In this document: positions 38,106 to 49,075 of the stretch, one piece after another
Numbering within the stretch: position 1 is the stretch's first letter
How the letters are laid out: the number at the start of each line of letters is the position of its first letter
Assembly: GCA_032718475.1 (NCBI GenBank)
Contig: JAUCBJ010000243.1
Coordinates: 1-51,637 of the forward strand
DNA length: 51,637 nt
Origin: Nemertoderma westbladi
Lineage: Eukaryota; Animalia; Xenacoelomorpha
Reading direction: 5' to 3'
Translations under genes and position numbers: made by a program
The notes under the pieces: generated by a model
Databases searched by the model: none
What the model was told of the DNA's origin: nothing
The model's input: only the letters and a program-made list of their open reading frames with translations

Positions 38106-39699
38106 CTAAGCAGATAAAAAATACATGATACACTGCCAGAGCAGCAGCCAGATCATTAGCAGAAATTTAGCAATAGCAGAAGTAATAGTACATAAGGATG
38201 GGAGTGTGCTTTCTTCGATTTAATCAAAAATTCAACCTCTCCAGGGGATAATCAAGGCAAATAACATCTGATAACACCCAAAAATAAAACTGTAACTGTT
38301 TGTTGTTTGTTGTTTTGGTTAGAATAACCTGCTCCTTTCCCTTAATTGATAATTTATCATTGAGGTGAGAATTAATTCACAAAGATGGGTATTGTCAACC
38401 TAGTGAGATAGTAATATAAAGTACATCTGGAATGGATACTCCAATTCTTTAATATTTGTGTGGGCAATTTGGGTATTTGAGCCTAATATTTATAAGCCTA
38501 TATGTGCTAGGCTATGTGGACAGAAGCAACAGTAGGCAGAAATAGTATTTGGTAATCAAAGAAGAAAGTAGATAAGAAGAAAGCAAATAAGTAAAGCAAA
38601 ACAATTAACTTTGATTCATTGATTCTATAAGGTAGGCTCAAGGCTGAACAATCATTAAATCAGTAACTGCATTAAGCAATATAAGAAGGTAACAGCAACA
38701 TTCAATACAGATATTAAATCAGCAGCAAATAATATTTATATAAATGCAATAAGCAAAAGAAGGATGCAATCCACACGCAGTAAGCAAATTATATCAACAT
38801 GCAGACTTCAATTGTGAGTTAATTAAGAGGTTCAATTAAAATGATGTACTGGTCAGCTGTTAATGTACCAGTCAGTCAGTAACCAGTGTGTACAGACAAC
38901 TGCATGCTGCCATAATTAACAGTAATACCGGTAACAACCACATTAATCAGGCACATCCTGATAGGAAGATAGATCCTACCCAGGTAATTTATTTAACATA
39001 CAATAGGTAAATATATCTCATCACCAAAAATACATTTAAAAAAAACGTACAACTAAATTTTGGGCTAACTAGTTTGACATCTGTATTGGATTTTGGAGTT
39101 ACAACTTTTTTCTTTACATCAATTTTATTTGAAGTAGAGGCAGATGAGAAGGTATGGGTGTGGACTTGTTTGCTACATATATGAACAATATTATATATAA
39201 TATTGTTATATTGAATATATATTGTTTCATCAGATTGGTTGGCCTCTAGTGGAATAAGGAGATGGGCAGCTCTCTTAGTTAACCAGGAGAACCAGGTTTA
39301 GAGTTCTTGAGGATAATTGCAGCTCGTGATATCCCATCACGTCATGCTAATAGGCTGACTACTCGAGATAGATACCATTGCCCACGTGGAAGTTTCTTTA
39401 ACGAGAACAAGGTCATTGACTGAATGTTGATGAGATGGACTCATACATTGTGTATGATGCCATACACAAAGAGATGCGAGGTATCATTGAGACCAGGCTT
39501 TCCAAAGAACTTGACTAACTTGATCATGTGACAGAAGGTTTCGACCAAGACCTCCGCATGTTGATGAAGTAGCAACATCCATTTGTTAATCTAGTGGTGG
39601 CAGACTCACATAAAGGAAATGACTAGGAGTAATAGCATCACAATCCTCAGGGTCTGTTGAGGCAGCAGTAATGGCAGTAGTATACGGCTTCTGCTTCAC

Positions 39700-40050
39700 A
39701 CAATATAGATGATAAATCCTCGAAAGTGAATACTTAATGGTGAAATGTTATATGAAGACACGTTTGACAAACTTTACTAGTCTTTCCTACCAACCACAAT
39801 GAAACCACTTCTACCAGCAAGTATCATTGTCCCTACAGACACAACTTAAAACTGTAAGGTTGTATGCAAACTACATAAACACAACTGAATTAGGTTTCAT
39901 AGCACAATCGGCCACATTAAATCAATGAGATCGAAATACTTCCATCAAAACTCATATTCCAGTTGCAAAGTATTTGTTCGTGTAGATCGAATAAGAAAAC
40001 CACTTGAAGCCCCTTACCAAGGACCATTTAAGGTTCTGGAACAAAACAAA
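39700..40050 (+). mobile_element. Gypsy (CsRn1-like) integrase C-terminal remnant
   Basis: VFVRVDRIRKPLEAPYQGPFKVL, a GPY/F module. Confidence 0.7.
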
Positions 40051-40254
40051 AGTATTACAAACTGTAAATTTTTTTATTGTTTAACTCTTTAAGTCTCATT
40101 TATTCACATAGATAATAAAACATTAATGTTAAACAATACCCACCATCAGCCGACATTACTAGGCAACCAATGAGGAGGGAAATTTAAAATGAAATCCTTT
40201 GCCCGCCCCCAACACAGAAACAGTCTCTATGGTGTATGGAGCATACTACTGTAT

Positions 40255-40880
40255 TTACCCCACCCTACCGAACTGTGCCAACACCCCAGGGTCTGAGTCC
40301 GCGTTACCCAACCGGATCGATGAGTCGGTGACTGCCTCCCGCACCGGTCGCCTAGCAGCCGAACGGTACCCGCGTAAACACATTAAGGACGACCTGAGGA
40401 GGGAGAAACTGATTCTCCGACGTACCCATGAGACGCACTCTGGATAGGGAACCTGCCGTTTGTCGGACAACTTCACCGACAGTCATTTGACAAACTGATG
40501 GGCAGCTGGTGCCATTCCACCGAAAGCAGAGAAAATTAAGGGAGTAAAGGTGGAGTGTTCCACCTCGTGTAATCTCTCCTCATATTTTCGGCACTTCCTC
40601 GCCTCGTGGTGGAGATGGGCGGCATCAATCGACATCACCGCGTTGGTGTCCGCCAGCGGGTTGAACACTTTAAACATTTTCTGGTAGCAATTGCCCCAGA
40701 ATCCACTCACCGACACGTTGAGCCGCGCCAGCTGGTCCGTCGAGGTGGAGCGGAGGGAGAAGGACTCCCTGCGGAGGGGATCCCTAGCCCACCATCGCGA
40801 ACCGGGAGCGACATCAGTTGCCATTCTACTGGTGTTATTGCTGGGCGGTCAAATATCCGGCACAGACACCTCCCTACGGA
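40255..40880 (-). mobile_element. CRE-clade non-LTR retrotransposon, 3' fragment (restriction-like endonuclease)
   Basis: ARL.V...GFW..VFNPLA..HE..K.RKY..R..EVEH.TFTPLIFS..GGM..SFSLLRS...CLRG.R; one stop. Confidence 0.8.
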
Positions 40881-41486
40881 CTCCTCCAGACCACCAAATC
40901 TGTCAACAAACTGTTAATTAACATCCAGTGGCAACCAAAACATATCGGTAAATCATTTGAAACCCTACCTCATACTGCCAAACTCAATTAAAAAAGGAAA
41001 AAATTCTCCAAACCCAACAACATCCTCTGATCCCCACTCAACAACCTTAGCTGGAATAGATCAAACCAGTTGTGACATTAAATCACCAGCTAATGCCAAT
41101 ACAAATTCATACAATATGTTTCAACAAGAAGTGTGAAGAAAGTAGTTAATCATTATATGAGGCTCTCCGTTTTCAGCTAGGGGAGTTCTGTAATAACACG
41201 ATCTAATATAACTTAACTTGATAAGAATAGTCTCACAGATGATTAATTTGATATACATGAATTGTACACTGCATGACAGGCATTTACTATGTAGGTGGTC
41301 TCTTCGATTATAAATATAAAGTAACCAGAAGCATGTTGTAGATATAGGAGAGTTGAGAAATGAAATACTAACAAAATTAACAGTAGTACGAAAAGTAAGG
41401 AAAATTAGAGTAATACAATTATTAACTACCAGATCAGGAAGCAAAAACTCTTTATTAGTATTCTTACTAGTATTATTAATACATAC

Positions 41487-41646
41487 ATAAAACTCTCCCA
41501 CAGAAATGTAATTGTAGTAATCCGAATCTACAAGGTCATTGTCATTACTCAACTCCAAGTATTGGCTATTCAACTGGCAGAAAGGTCGAAGTTTACTTGA
41601 GTGCTTGACATCACTGAGAACGTTGACAGATCGACATTGTTTGTAT
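41487..41646 (-). CDS. Host gene exon, C-terminal half of a PAN/Apple-like domain: YKQCRSVNVLSDVKHSSKLRPFCQLNSQYLELSNDNDLVDSDYYNYISVGEFY
   Basis: 160 bp, phase 2-0, ttttttcag / gtatgt; C-x-S-x-N...C-x-L-N pattern. Confidence 0.75.
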
Positions 41647-41949
41647 CTGAAAAAAGTAATATTGCAAAAAAATATAACTACAGAGAAATTAAAATTATTT
41701 TAAAATAAATTAAGAAAAGCAGTTTTAATACATTTAGTTTGTGCAACTACAGAATTTATAGTATACTGGGTGAGGGTACAGTACCAAGTACCAATGTCAA
41801 GGTGATTTCCTTTGAATCCATAATGATTCTATGGATCCATCATGATACATGTCAAAATAAGCCGTTATCTGTACCTCACTACTGACTGTAACCCTACCTG
41901 TGGTGGTTAACTGCAAAGTGTTTAGTGAATCTACTCTCTACTACCAATC

Positions 41950-42375
41950 ATTTATTTCATACTGCATCATAGAATCAAGGAAGGCCATAGACAACTTTTT
42001 CCAGAGTGAGTTGAGCATTCCAGGAAACTGGTTTTTAGGTTGGCTTTTTTCCATTTTGTCTCGTTTCTCCATTTCACCAAAATATCAACCTAATGATGCT
42101 TCAATCTTCGAAAACAACCACATCTAAAGGATGAATCAAGTGTGTGGCATTTGCATAATGAACATAATATTGTTCTCTTGGCGGGCATTAACATCATGAT
42201 CAAAATGGCATCCAATTGTCCCCAATCAAAGCGTTTATACCTGGTTTACCGTTCACCTGATCAAGGAAAACATGAAAGAGGCACTTTGTGCTTAAAGTAC
42301 AGGAATCAAACCAACCAGGTGGTGTTACATTATAAATATAACCCATTGGACTGCCTGTCTCACATAAAATGTATC
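41950..42375 (-). mobile_element. pogo/Tigger DDE_1 transposase remnant
   Basis: GWFDS..LIGDN...NNIMF...THLIHPLDVVVFRRLK across frameshifts. Confidence 0.75.
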
Positions 42376-43075
42376 TATATATACCATCTTTATATACCAC
42401 CACAGGTGGACAGGCGTGGATCCAGGTATTTATTTCGGAGGGGGCTAAGACCATGACACACCCCCCTCCCAAAATACAAATTTTTTTATACATTATACTT
42501 ATTGCTGTATTGTTATCAATTAATTGTTCCCTATAGAATATCAAACATTTTTAACTAACACTTTTAACAAACACAAACAAACATTTTTCTGTAATTTTCT
42601 AATGTTAAAATTTTAGAATAAAACTAAAGGTACAGACACAGGGTTCTAATGCTCAATCTGCATTTCTAATATTGTAATGTTAAAATTTTGGAATAAAACA
42701 AAGGTACAACAGACACAGTATTCTAATGCTCATATCTGCATTTGTACTTTCTCAGTCCATTAATTATTTAATCTTTACTCATTCTCGAGATAAGGGTACC
42801 TTTCTACTTAAAAAGCGGTGTTACGCGAAGCCTCAGAAATCGCGTTTAAAAAAGTGATCATATGAGATGGAAAAAAATGGTTAATACCAGGCTATTTGTC
42901 TAAATTTTGTATCAGGGGATACTAAAACTTCTTAATACAATCTTGACAGCAATATTAAAATAGAGCGACAGCTTGGAGTGAATGGGAAGAATATTTAAAT
43001 GATTTTTAGAGCACTTAGGACTTTTTACAACTGACCTGACAAAGGATTTGTTAGAGTCGGTGATCAACATCCAAT

Positions 43076-45765
43076 CTAAAAACCACCGGCATCATATTTG
43101 TCAACCTCAGGGTTTTCCAGTTCCAATTTCCTCCTTCTATTTGAGGTTCTCGCATCCTTGGAAAGATTGAGTAGTGCAAATTCAGCTTGAGTAATCTTTT
43201 TCTGATCCATGTTTCTCAGAATTTCGATGGTATGTCTCCCTGGATCACAACCGAAACTTTCTAGCACTTTCGCTCATGCAGAAAAGCCATCGTTAAAACA
43301 GACAGCATCCAAAACACCCAACTTAAATATATTCTGTGCAACAAATACTCATTTTGGAACTCGTGTCCAGATGGCATTGTTGAAACTCTCGTTTGTGTTC
43401 TGTGTCTTCCCATGGAGACATTTTGATAGGAGAGCTTTATCAAACAATGATCTGTACACAGGCTTTATTTCATCTAATACTGCCAGGGGCAAGCCATGTT
43501 TATGGGTGTAATGGCCACCTACTTCTACGGATTTGTTATATCCACACCACTTTTCAGTACCTTTGGGGCATAACTGATGCATGGGTTCAGTATCAGTTGA
43601 CAGTTTATGAAAATAGGTAGCCCAAATAGCCTTGCGCATCTCATCAACACTATTATTATTCTTCCGTATGGCTCTCCCATAATATGTCTGTAAGTTGTTA
43701 ATTTCAACCTTTGTCAGTCTGTTCCTTCCTGAAATGGGTTTGTTATCACTTAGTTTCACACCCTTATTCTCCTTTACAACATTCCGCAGATGGCATCCCA
43801 TTCGTTTCTGTATGTGGCCTACGCACTCTAGTTTAACAATCTTCACATCCTCCCCATAAGGACTGTTTTCAGATACATTCTTGAATGAGCTACTACTACT
43901 ACTAGGATCGGCATGCTGCATTGCAGCTGCATTTTTAAGAATGCTGTGCCGGCTTATCGACAAAATTGCACCACCACAACTCCCTATCACCCATGACATT
44001 TGCTAGATCATCCGCATCTTCAAGGCCAGTGTCCTTTATTTAAGATGCGTCTCAAGAAAGTCATGGGCTGTCCACCATGCTTATTCACACCATGAGGCTG
44101 CCAAAGTACAAGATTATGCACTGGCTGTTCCTCATGGCGAAAGCAATGTCCTGCAAAGCAGAGGCGATTTTGTTCTAGTGTCAAGCTTGGGGGAACCAAT
44201 GAAACACCTCCAATGTTATATAGTGTCTGGTTGGAGATAAGTGCATTGTACTTGACACAATGAACCCGGCGTAGCATTCTTGTGAATGTGCCATCCAGAT
44301 ATTTGGTGTCCTCAGCAGTTAGAGCCCAGCATGGACTCCCATAGATGAGTACTGGAACTACTAATTCTGCTCTAAATAATCGGACCTTAAGTTTCCGATT
44401 ACTTCTCGGTGACTTCCAAATCCTGGAAAGCCTATTCAAGGCTGCCCATGCCTTTCCCTTACGTATTCGAAGGTCGTCACCTGACTTCTGGATCCATGAT
44501 CCCAGGTAACAGAAGTCATCCACATGCTCAAGCATACCATCTTTTGAGCTTATGCTCGTCCGATCAGAGACTTGCTGAGGACTTTCAAAGTTAACTGTCA
44601 AAATGTTGGTCTTTCTGGCGTTAATAAAAAGACCAACATTAGAAGCAGCATGTTCTAATGAGCTGAGGAGCCGTTGGGCTCCCTCTAGTGATTCTGAGAG
44701 TACTCCTAAGTCATCAGCAAAGTCTAGATCAGTTAGGTACTTGGCAGGATTTCCTCGGCTTCAGGAGCCAGTAGGTTGAATGAGCTACTATCCCCATCAC
44801 CAAGATATTTTGTGTAGCGCATCCCTCTTTCCTCAGCAGACCTGAAAAACAACCTCTGGACACCTAGCTCTTCCATTCCACCACTACTGCCCGCATAGTT
44901 CTTGGTGCAGTCAGACTTATGTTTCTCTTTGCTCTCTACAGTGGCAGATTGACAAACAAGACTGCACCATCTACAAAACTTGAAAAGTGTATCCACATCT
45001 ATAATCTTGCCAGAGTCAACAGATGCGATTGAGACAACACCATTTAGACTCTGGTGTCCCCATTTCTGCCAGGTCCCATCAACACTTACAGGAATGTCAG
45101 TAGCCGTTTCTTCATCCACATTCAACTCAACAGCTCCTGCTGCTGCCAGATTCATAGAATCTGTGGCTACATCTTGCAGGGACTTCAGAATTATCTTGTA
45201 GGTAGCAGCAAACCTTAATATTGGTGGTGGCAAATTCATGATGCTACTAACAGTCTGTGCTTGTAGACGACCTGCCCCAATGCACTGGTATGCATAAACC
45301 TGACGAAGGTTAAACTCATAATACCTATTGATCTTCCTTGATGACTCAAATACAGATATATTACTGCAGTTGCTACATGATATCTGGAACTCCACAGCAA
45401 GACACATAAGAATGTTTGAAATGGTAATACTGATGGACCCTTCACCACATTTGCTACAGATACAGGAGGACGATATGCCAGAGGATAAAAGTTCCATATC
45501 AATAAGAGCAAGAATTTGTGTTAGCAGAATTTGGAGTATCACCCAATGTAGAACTTCCAAACGTTCTCTTGGCTGCACTCACTGGAGTTGGTTTATTTGA
45601 TACAGCTGGAGCTTTGGTTGAATCAGTTGATGATGATCCATCTTCGGATGAAATAGAAGCAAGAATGTCCCCAGAACTAATCTCAAAACTTCTCCTCATA
45701 TAGTTTGACTTTATAAACTGATTCCCCCTAAATTTCTTCTTGAAGATGGGTTTTGCCCTTCCCAT
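43076..45765 (-). pseudogene. Kolobok transposase with stops, a frameshift and an RTE insertion
   Basis: FKKKFRGNQF, SVDGTWQK.GH.S.NG, GSSGGME, YLGDGDSS, KLECVGHIQKRMG, LQTYYGRAIR, KTQNTNESFN..IW.R.PK. Confidence 0.85.
43896..44775 (-). mobile_element. 5'-truncated RTE inserted in the Kolobok transposase
   Basis: FADD motif near 44720; (TAG)n tail; 15-bp TSD ttgaatgagctacta at 43881-43895 and 44776-44790. Confidence 0.95.
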
Positions 45766-46493
45766 CTAATTTATAATGACTGAATACCAGTTGGCTAATT
45801 AATATATAGGCCTAACAAAATTACAATATAATAAGGAACCACAAAATGATAAATTCCTACCGTTCGTGCTGGGACACTGTTACTTTATATACCTAGACTG
45901 GCAATAGGCCTATATGAATAAATTATAAGTAACAGTACCGGTACCATTAGGTGTTACCGTATACAGACTGACAGATTGGTCCCCTACCCTGTTACCAGTT
46001 GGCACTACTGCATACTGCATACTCAACAATCTGCTAATAATGGATTAGTAGTAAAATATTTCCCACTAATACATGAAACAAAATGAAAATTGTAGTTACC
46101 GTACTCAAAACGTTTTGTGTGACAAACATGGATACGACACATGATAAACAAACCATTTTTTCAATTCTGTTTGAGCAATTCTCCGACTTGACCATATTCA
46201 AATGGGAATATCTCGAGAACTACAGTAGACATGTTCTGGTCTAGACATTAGAATTTTTGAAAAGAGCATAAATTGTGCACCAGAATCGATAAAAAAATGT
46301 TTTTTGATAGTTTTCTCCATTCTGAGCGAAGCCTTAGCATTATCATAGGGGTTACATTAATGAGTTGTCAGTCGACTGTCAACGTCGTGCAATTTTTGAT
46401 CGCTAATAATTCGGTCATTCCTTGATAAAATTAAACCAAACTTGGTACGTATGTCTATGCAATCCCTCAACAGTTTAGAAAGAATCTGAAGTT

Positions 46494-46779
46494 TGGTCAA
46501 AAATCAGACAGTCTGTCACTCGGTACCAGTAGTTTAGACTTTTGATAAAAACCTCGAAATAAGTCAGACTTTTGATAAAACCCGAAATATGTCAGTCAAT
46601 CATTATTGAAATTAAACCAAACTTGGTACTCATGTATGGTCAAAAATCAGACAGTCTGTCACTCGGTACCAGTAGTTTAGACTTTTGATAAAAACCTCGA
46701 AATAAGTCAGACTTTTGATAAAACCCGAAATATGTCAGTCAATCATTATTGAAATTAAACCAAACTTGGTACTCATGTA
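46494..46779. repeat. Perfect 143-bp tandem duplication within a probable non-autonomous element (~46340-46800)
   Basis: 46494-46636 equals 46637-46779. Confidence 0.9.
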
Positions 46780-46868
46780 GTCTGTCAAAAGTTAGAAATT
46801 GTAGGCCCTGCCCTACACACAAACATACTTCTAGAATTCCTCTATCGACAAGTAGAGGGAAATAGGTA

Positions 46869-47527
46869 CTACTACTAGGATCGGCATGCTGCATTGCAGC
46901 TGCATTTTTAAGAATGCTGTGCCGGCTTGTCAACAAAATTGCACCGCCACAACTCCCTATCACCCATGACATTTGCTAGATCATCCGCATCTTTAAAGCC
47001 AGTGTCCTTTATGATGCGTCTCAAGAAAGTCATGGGCTGTCCACCATGCTTATTCACTCCATGAGGCTGCCAAAGTACAAGATTATGCACTGGCTGGTCC
47101 TCACGGCGAAAGCAATGTCCTGCAAAGCGGAGGCGATTTTGTTCTAGTGTCAAGCTTGGGGGAACCAATGAGACACCTCCAATGTTATATAGTGTCTGGT
47201 TGGAGATGTGTGCATTGTACTTGACACAATGTACCCGGCGTAGCATTCTTGTGAATGTGCCATCCAGAGATTTGGTGTCCTCAGCAGTTAGAGCCCAGCA
47301 TGGACTCCCGTAGAGGAGTACTGGAACTACTGCTGCTCTAAATAATCGGACCTTAAGTTTCCGATTAATTCTAGGTGACTTCCAAATCCTGGAAAGCCTA
47401 TTCAAGGCTGCCCATGCCTTTCCCTTACGTATTCGAAGGTCCTCACCTGACTTCCGGATCCATGATCCCAGGTAACAGAAGTCGTCCACATGCTCAAGCA
47501 TACCATCCTTTGAGCTTATGCTCATCC
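46869..47527 (-). mobile_element. 5'-truncated RTE with an uninterrupted RT C-terminal frame
   Basis: 205-aa ORF at 46908-47525; (TAG)n tail; 12-bp TSD gggaaataggta at 46857-46868 and 47528-47539. Confidence 0.95.
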
Positions 47528-48349
47528 GGGAAATAGGTAAATAAGTAGCTATAAATATTGTGCACGTATCCGTGAATTTTCAATATAATTTCTATAGTAG
47601 AGTATAAGGAGCCATTGGTTACTATTAAGAATATCTTGCTTACTGCCCCTTGTTAGTTAGGTGATAATAAATATGGCCCTTCAGCTGTTTGTAGTTAGTT
47701 AGCCTGTGGTATCATCCTACGATTGTTTGATTGGCTATTGGCTGTGCTCTATATATAATATTGGCATTATCCATTTAACTTCACTTCTTTATCCGGGTAC
47801 AAATGTTTACTGGTATATTGGGTTGTATTATATGTTAGGTAGGAAATATTATTTAACAAGTTGATTGACAATTATACAGTTTCTCTAACAATTATTATAA
47901 CTTTCAACTTCGTATTAAGAACTTATTTCCCCTGATAAATCAGTGTCTTCCACCTAGAAAGATTCCCAAACAGACTACAAATATAGAACCAACCAGCAGA
48001 TTAATTTGAAATTTGGTAGAAATGACCTATGAACATTAAGGCTTTATTAATAATTTTGCGTTTTTAACGCGGTTTATTGAAAATACAAGTACCGAGTACC
48101 CATGAGTTATATCAGCTTATATCAGTTATATTATACATGTATTTATCAGAATTGTAGGTACTAGCAATAGAGTAGGCCTACTATAGGGGGAAGTAGGCCC
48201 TACCATACTGCCTAAGATATGGTGGGTTTAGAACCCAATCTACACAGCCCTAAACAAACTAAATTGACTGGGTACAAATGTAGAAATACTAATTCTTGCA
48301 TTTGTACTGTGATGTAGGTACAGCTTTAGGCAAGTCAGTTAGTAAAGTA

Positions 48350-48938
48350 ACTGTGATGGGATCGGAGGATCCCGACCAGTTTGGTTTATGTACGTGTCAG
48401 CCGCACCGTGTGATGGAAAAAAGAGAGTCTGTTGTTCCAGTGTTGTTAATAGTATAAATATGATATGCAATGTAGATACAATAGCAGATAACACAGTTTA
48501 CCGGTATGTTGAATGATATAATTGGTGACGGCGGTGACAGTCTTAAAATGTCACCGTACTGCCATGACTGACTGACTGAGTAAACTGGATAAATGAGCAA
48601 CACCGACCGGTAATATACTGCTCTAGGTTTGGCCGTGTTACTCAGCTGATGCCTGCCCCCCATTGGCTAGTAACCCATCGTCTGTAGTCGACGAATCCGG
48701 CCTCGTGGGTCGATACAGTCTCGCCTCGGCCTCGCGGATCGTTAGGTTGTCGTCGTCCGGGGTCCGCGGCGGTGTCGTCTCTCCCTCTTGGCTCATCTTT
48801 AACTTGCTATTAGTGGCTGGCAGTCACAGTTCGCAGTGGTCTCACGAATTTAGTACTAGGCCAGTAGGCGATTTTAAGACTGTGACGGGATCGGAGGATC
48901 CCGACCAGTTTGGTTTATGTACGCGTCAGCCGCACCGT
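48350..48938. repeat. 529-bp unit bounded by 60-bp direct repeats (48350-48409 and 48879-48938)
   Basis: The repeats differ by two C/T changes; each contains a gggatc-ggag-gatccc hairpin. Confidence 0.9.
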
Positions 48939-49075
48939 ATATAGGCTATAGTTTAACTTAGTTAAACTATACAAAATATACTATATAGGCCTAAAAGATA
49001 AAAGTTAAAGATTCGGGAGAATTAATTCTTGACAAAAAAATGGAGGCGGGAGATTAGAGGTTCAACTGGATATAG

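Larger units (their letters stand above)
42780..46333 (-). mobile_element. Kolobok-type DNA transposon (Mutator-like DDE domain), interrupted by RTE; left end missing, boundaries approximate
   Basis: Transposase motifs (next feature); inverted ttctcgagata / tatctcgagaa at about 42782 and 46209; possible terminus cc-ttag at 46333. Confidence 0.75.

Noticed and set aside
42200-42544. ORF read as a CUB-like host exon
   Set aside because: The downstream frames give LIGDN and HPLDV pogo DDE_1 motifs, so it is a transposase remnant.
48865-48938. Type I hammerhead ribozyme on the minus strand (CUGACGC..CAAAC..stem..GUC)
   Set aside because: Stem III and the GUC triplet are plausible, but core A9 and catalytic G12 are both C and stem I barely pairs. 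An Infernal scan of the family consensus would settle it.
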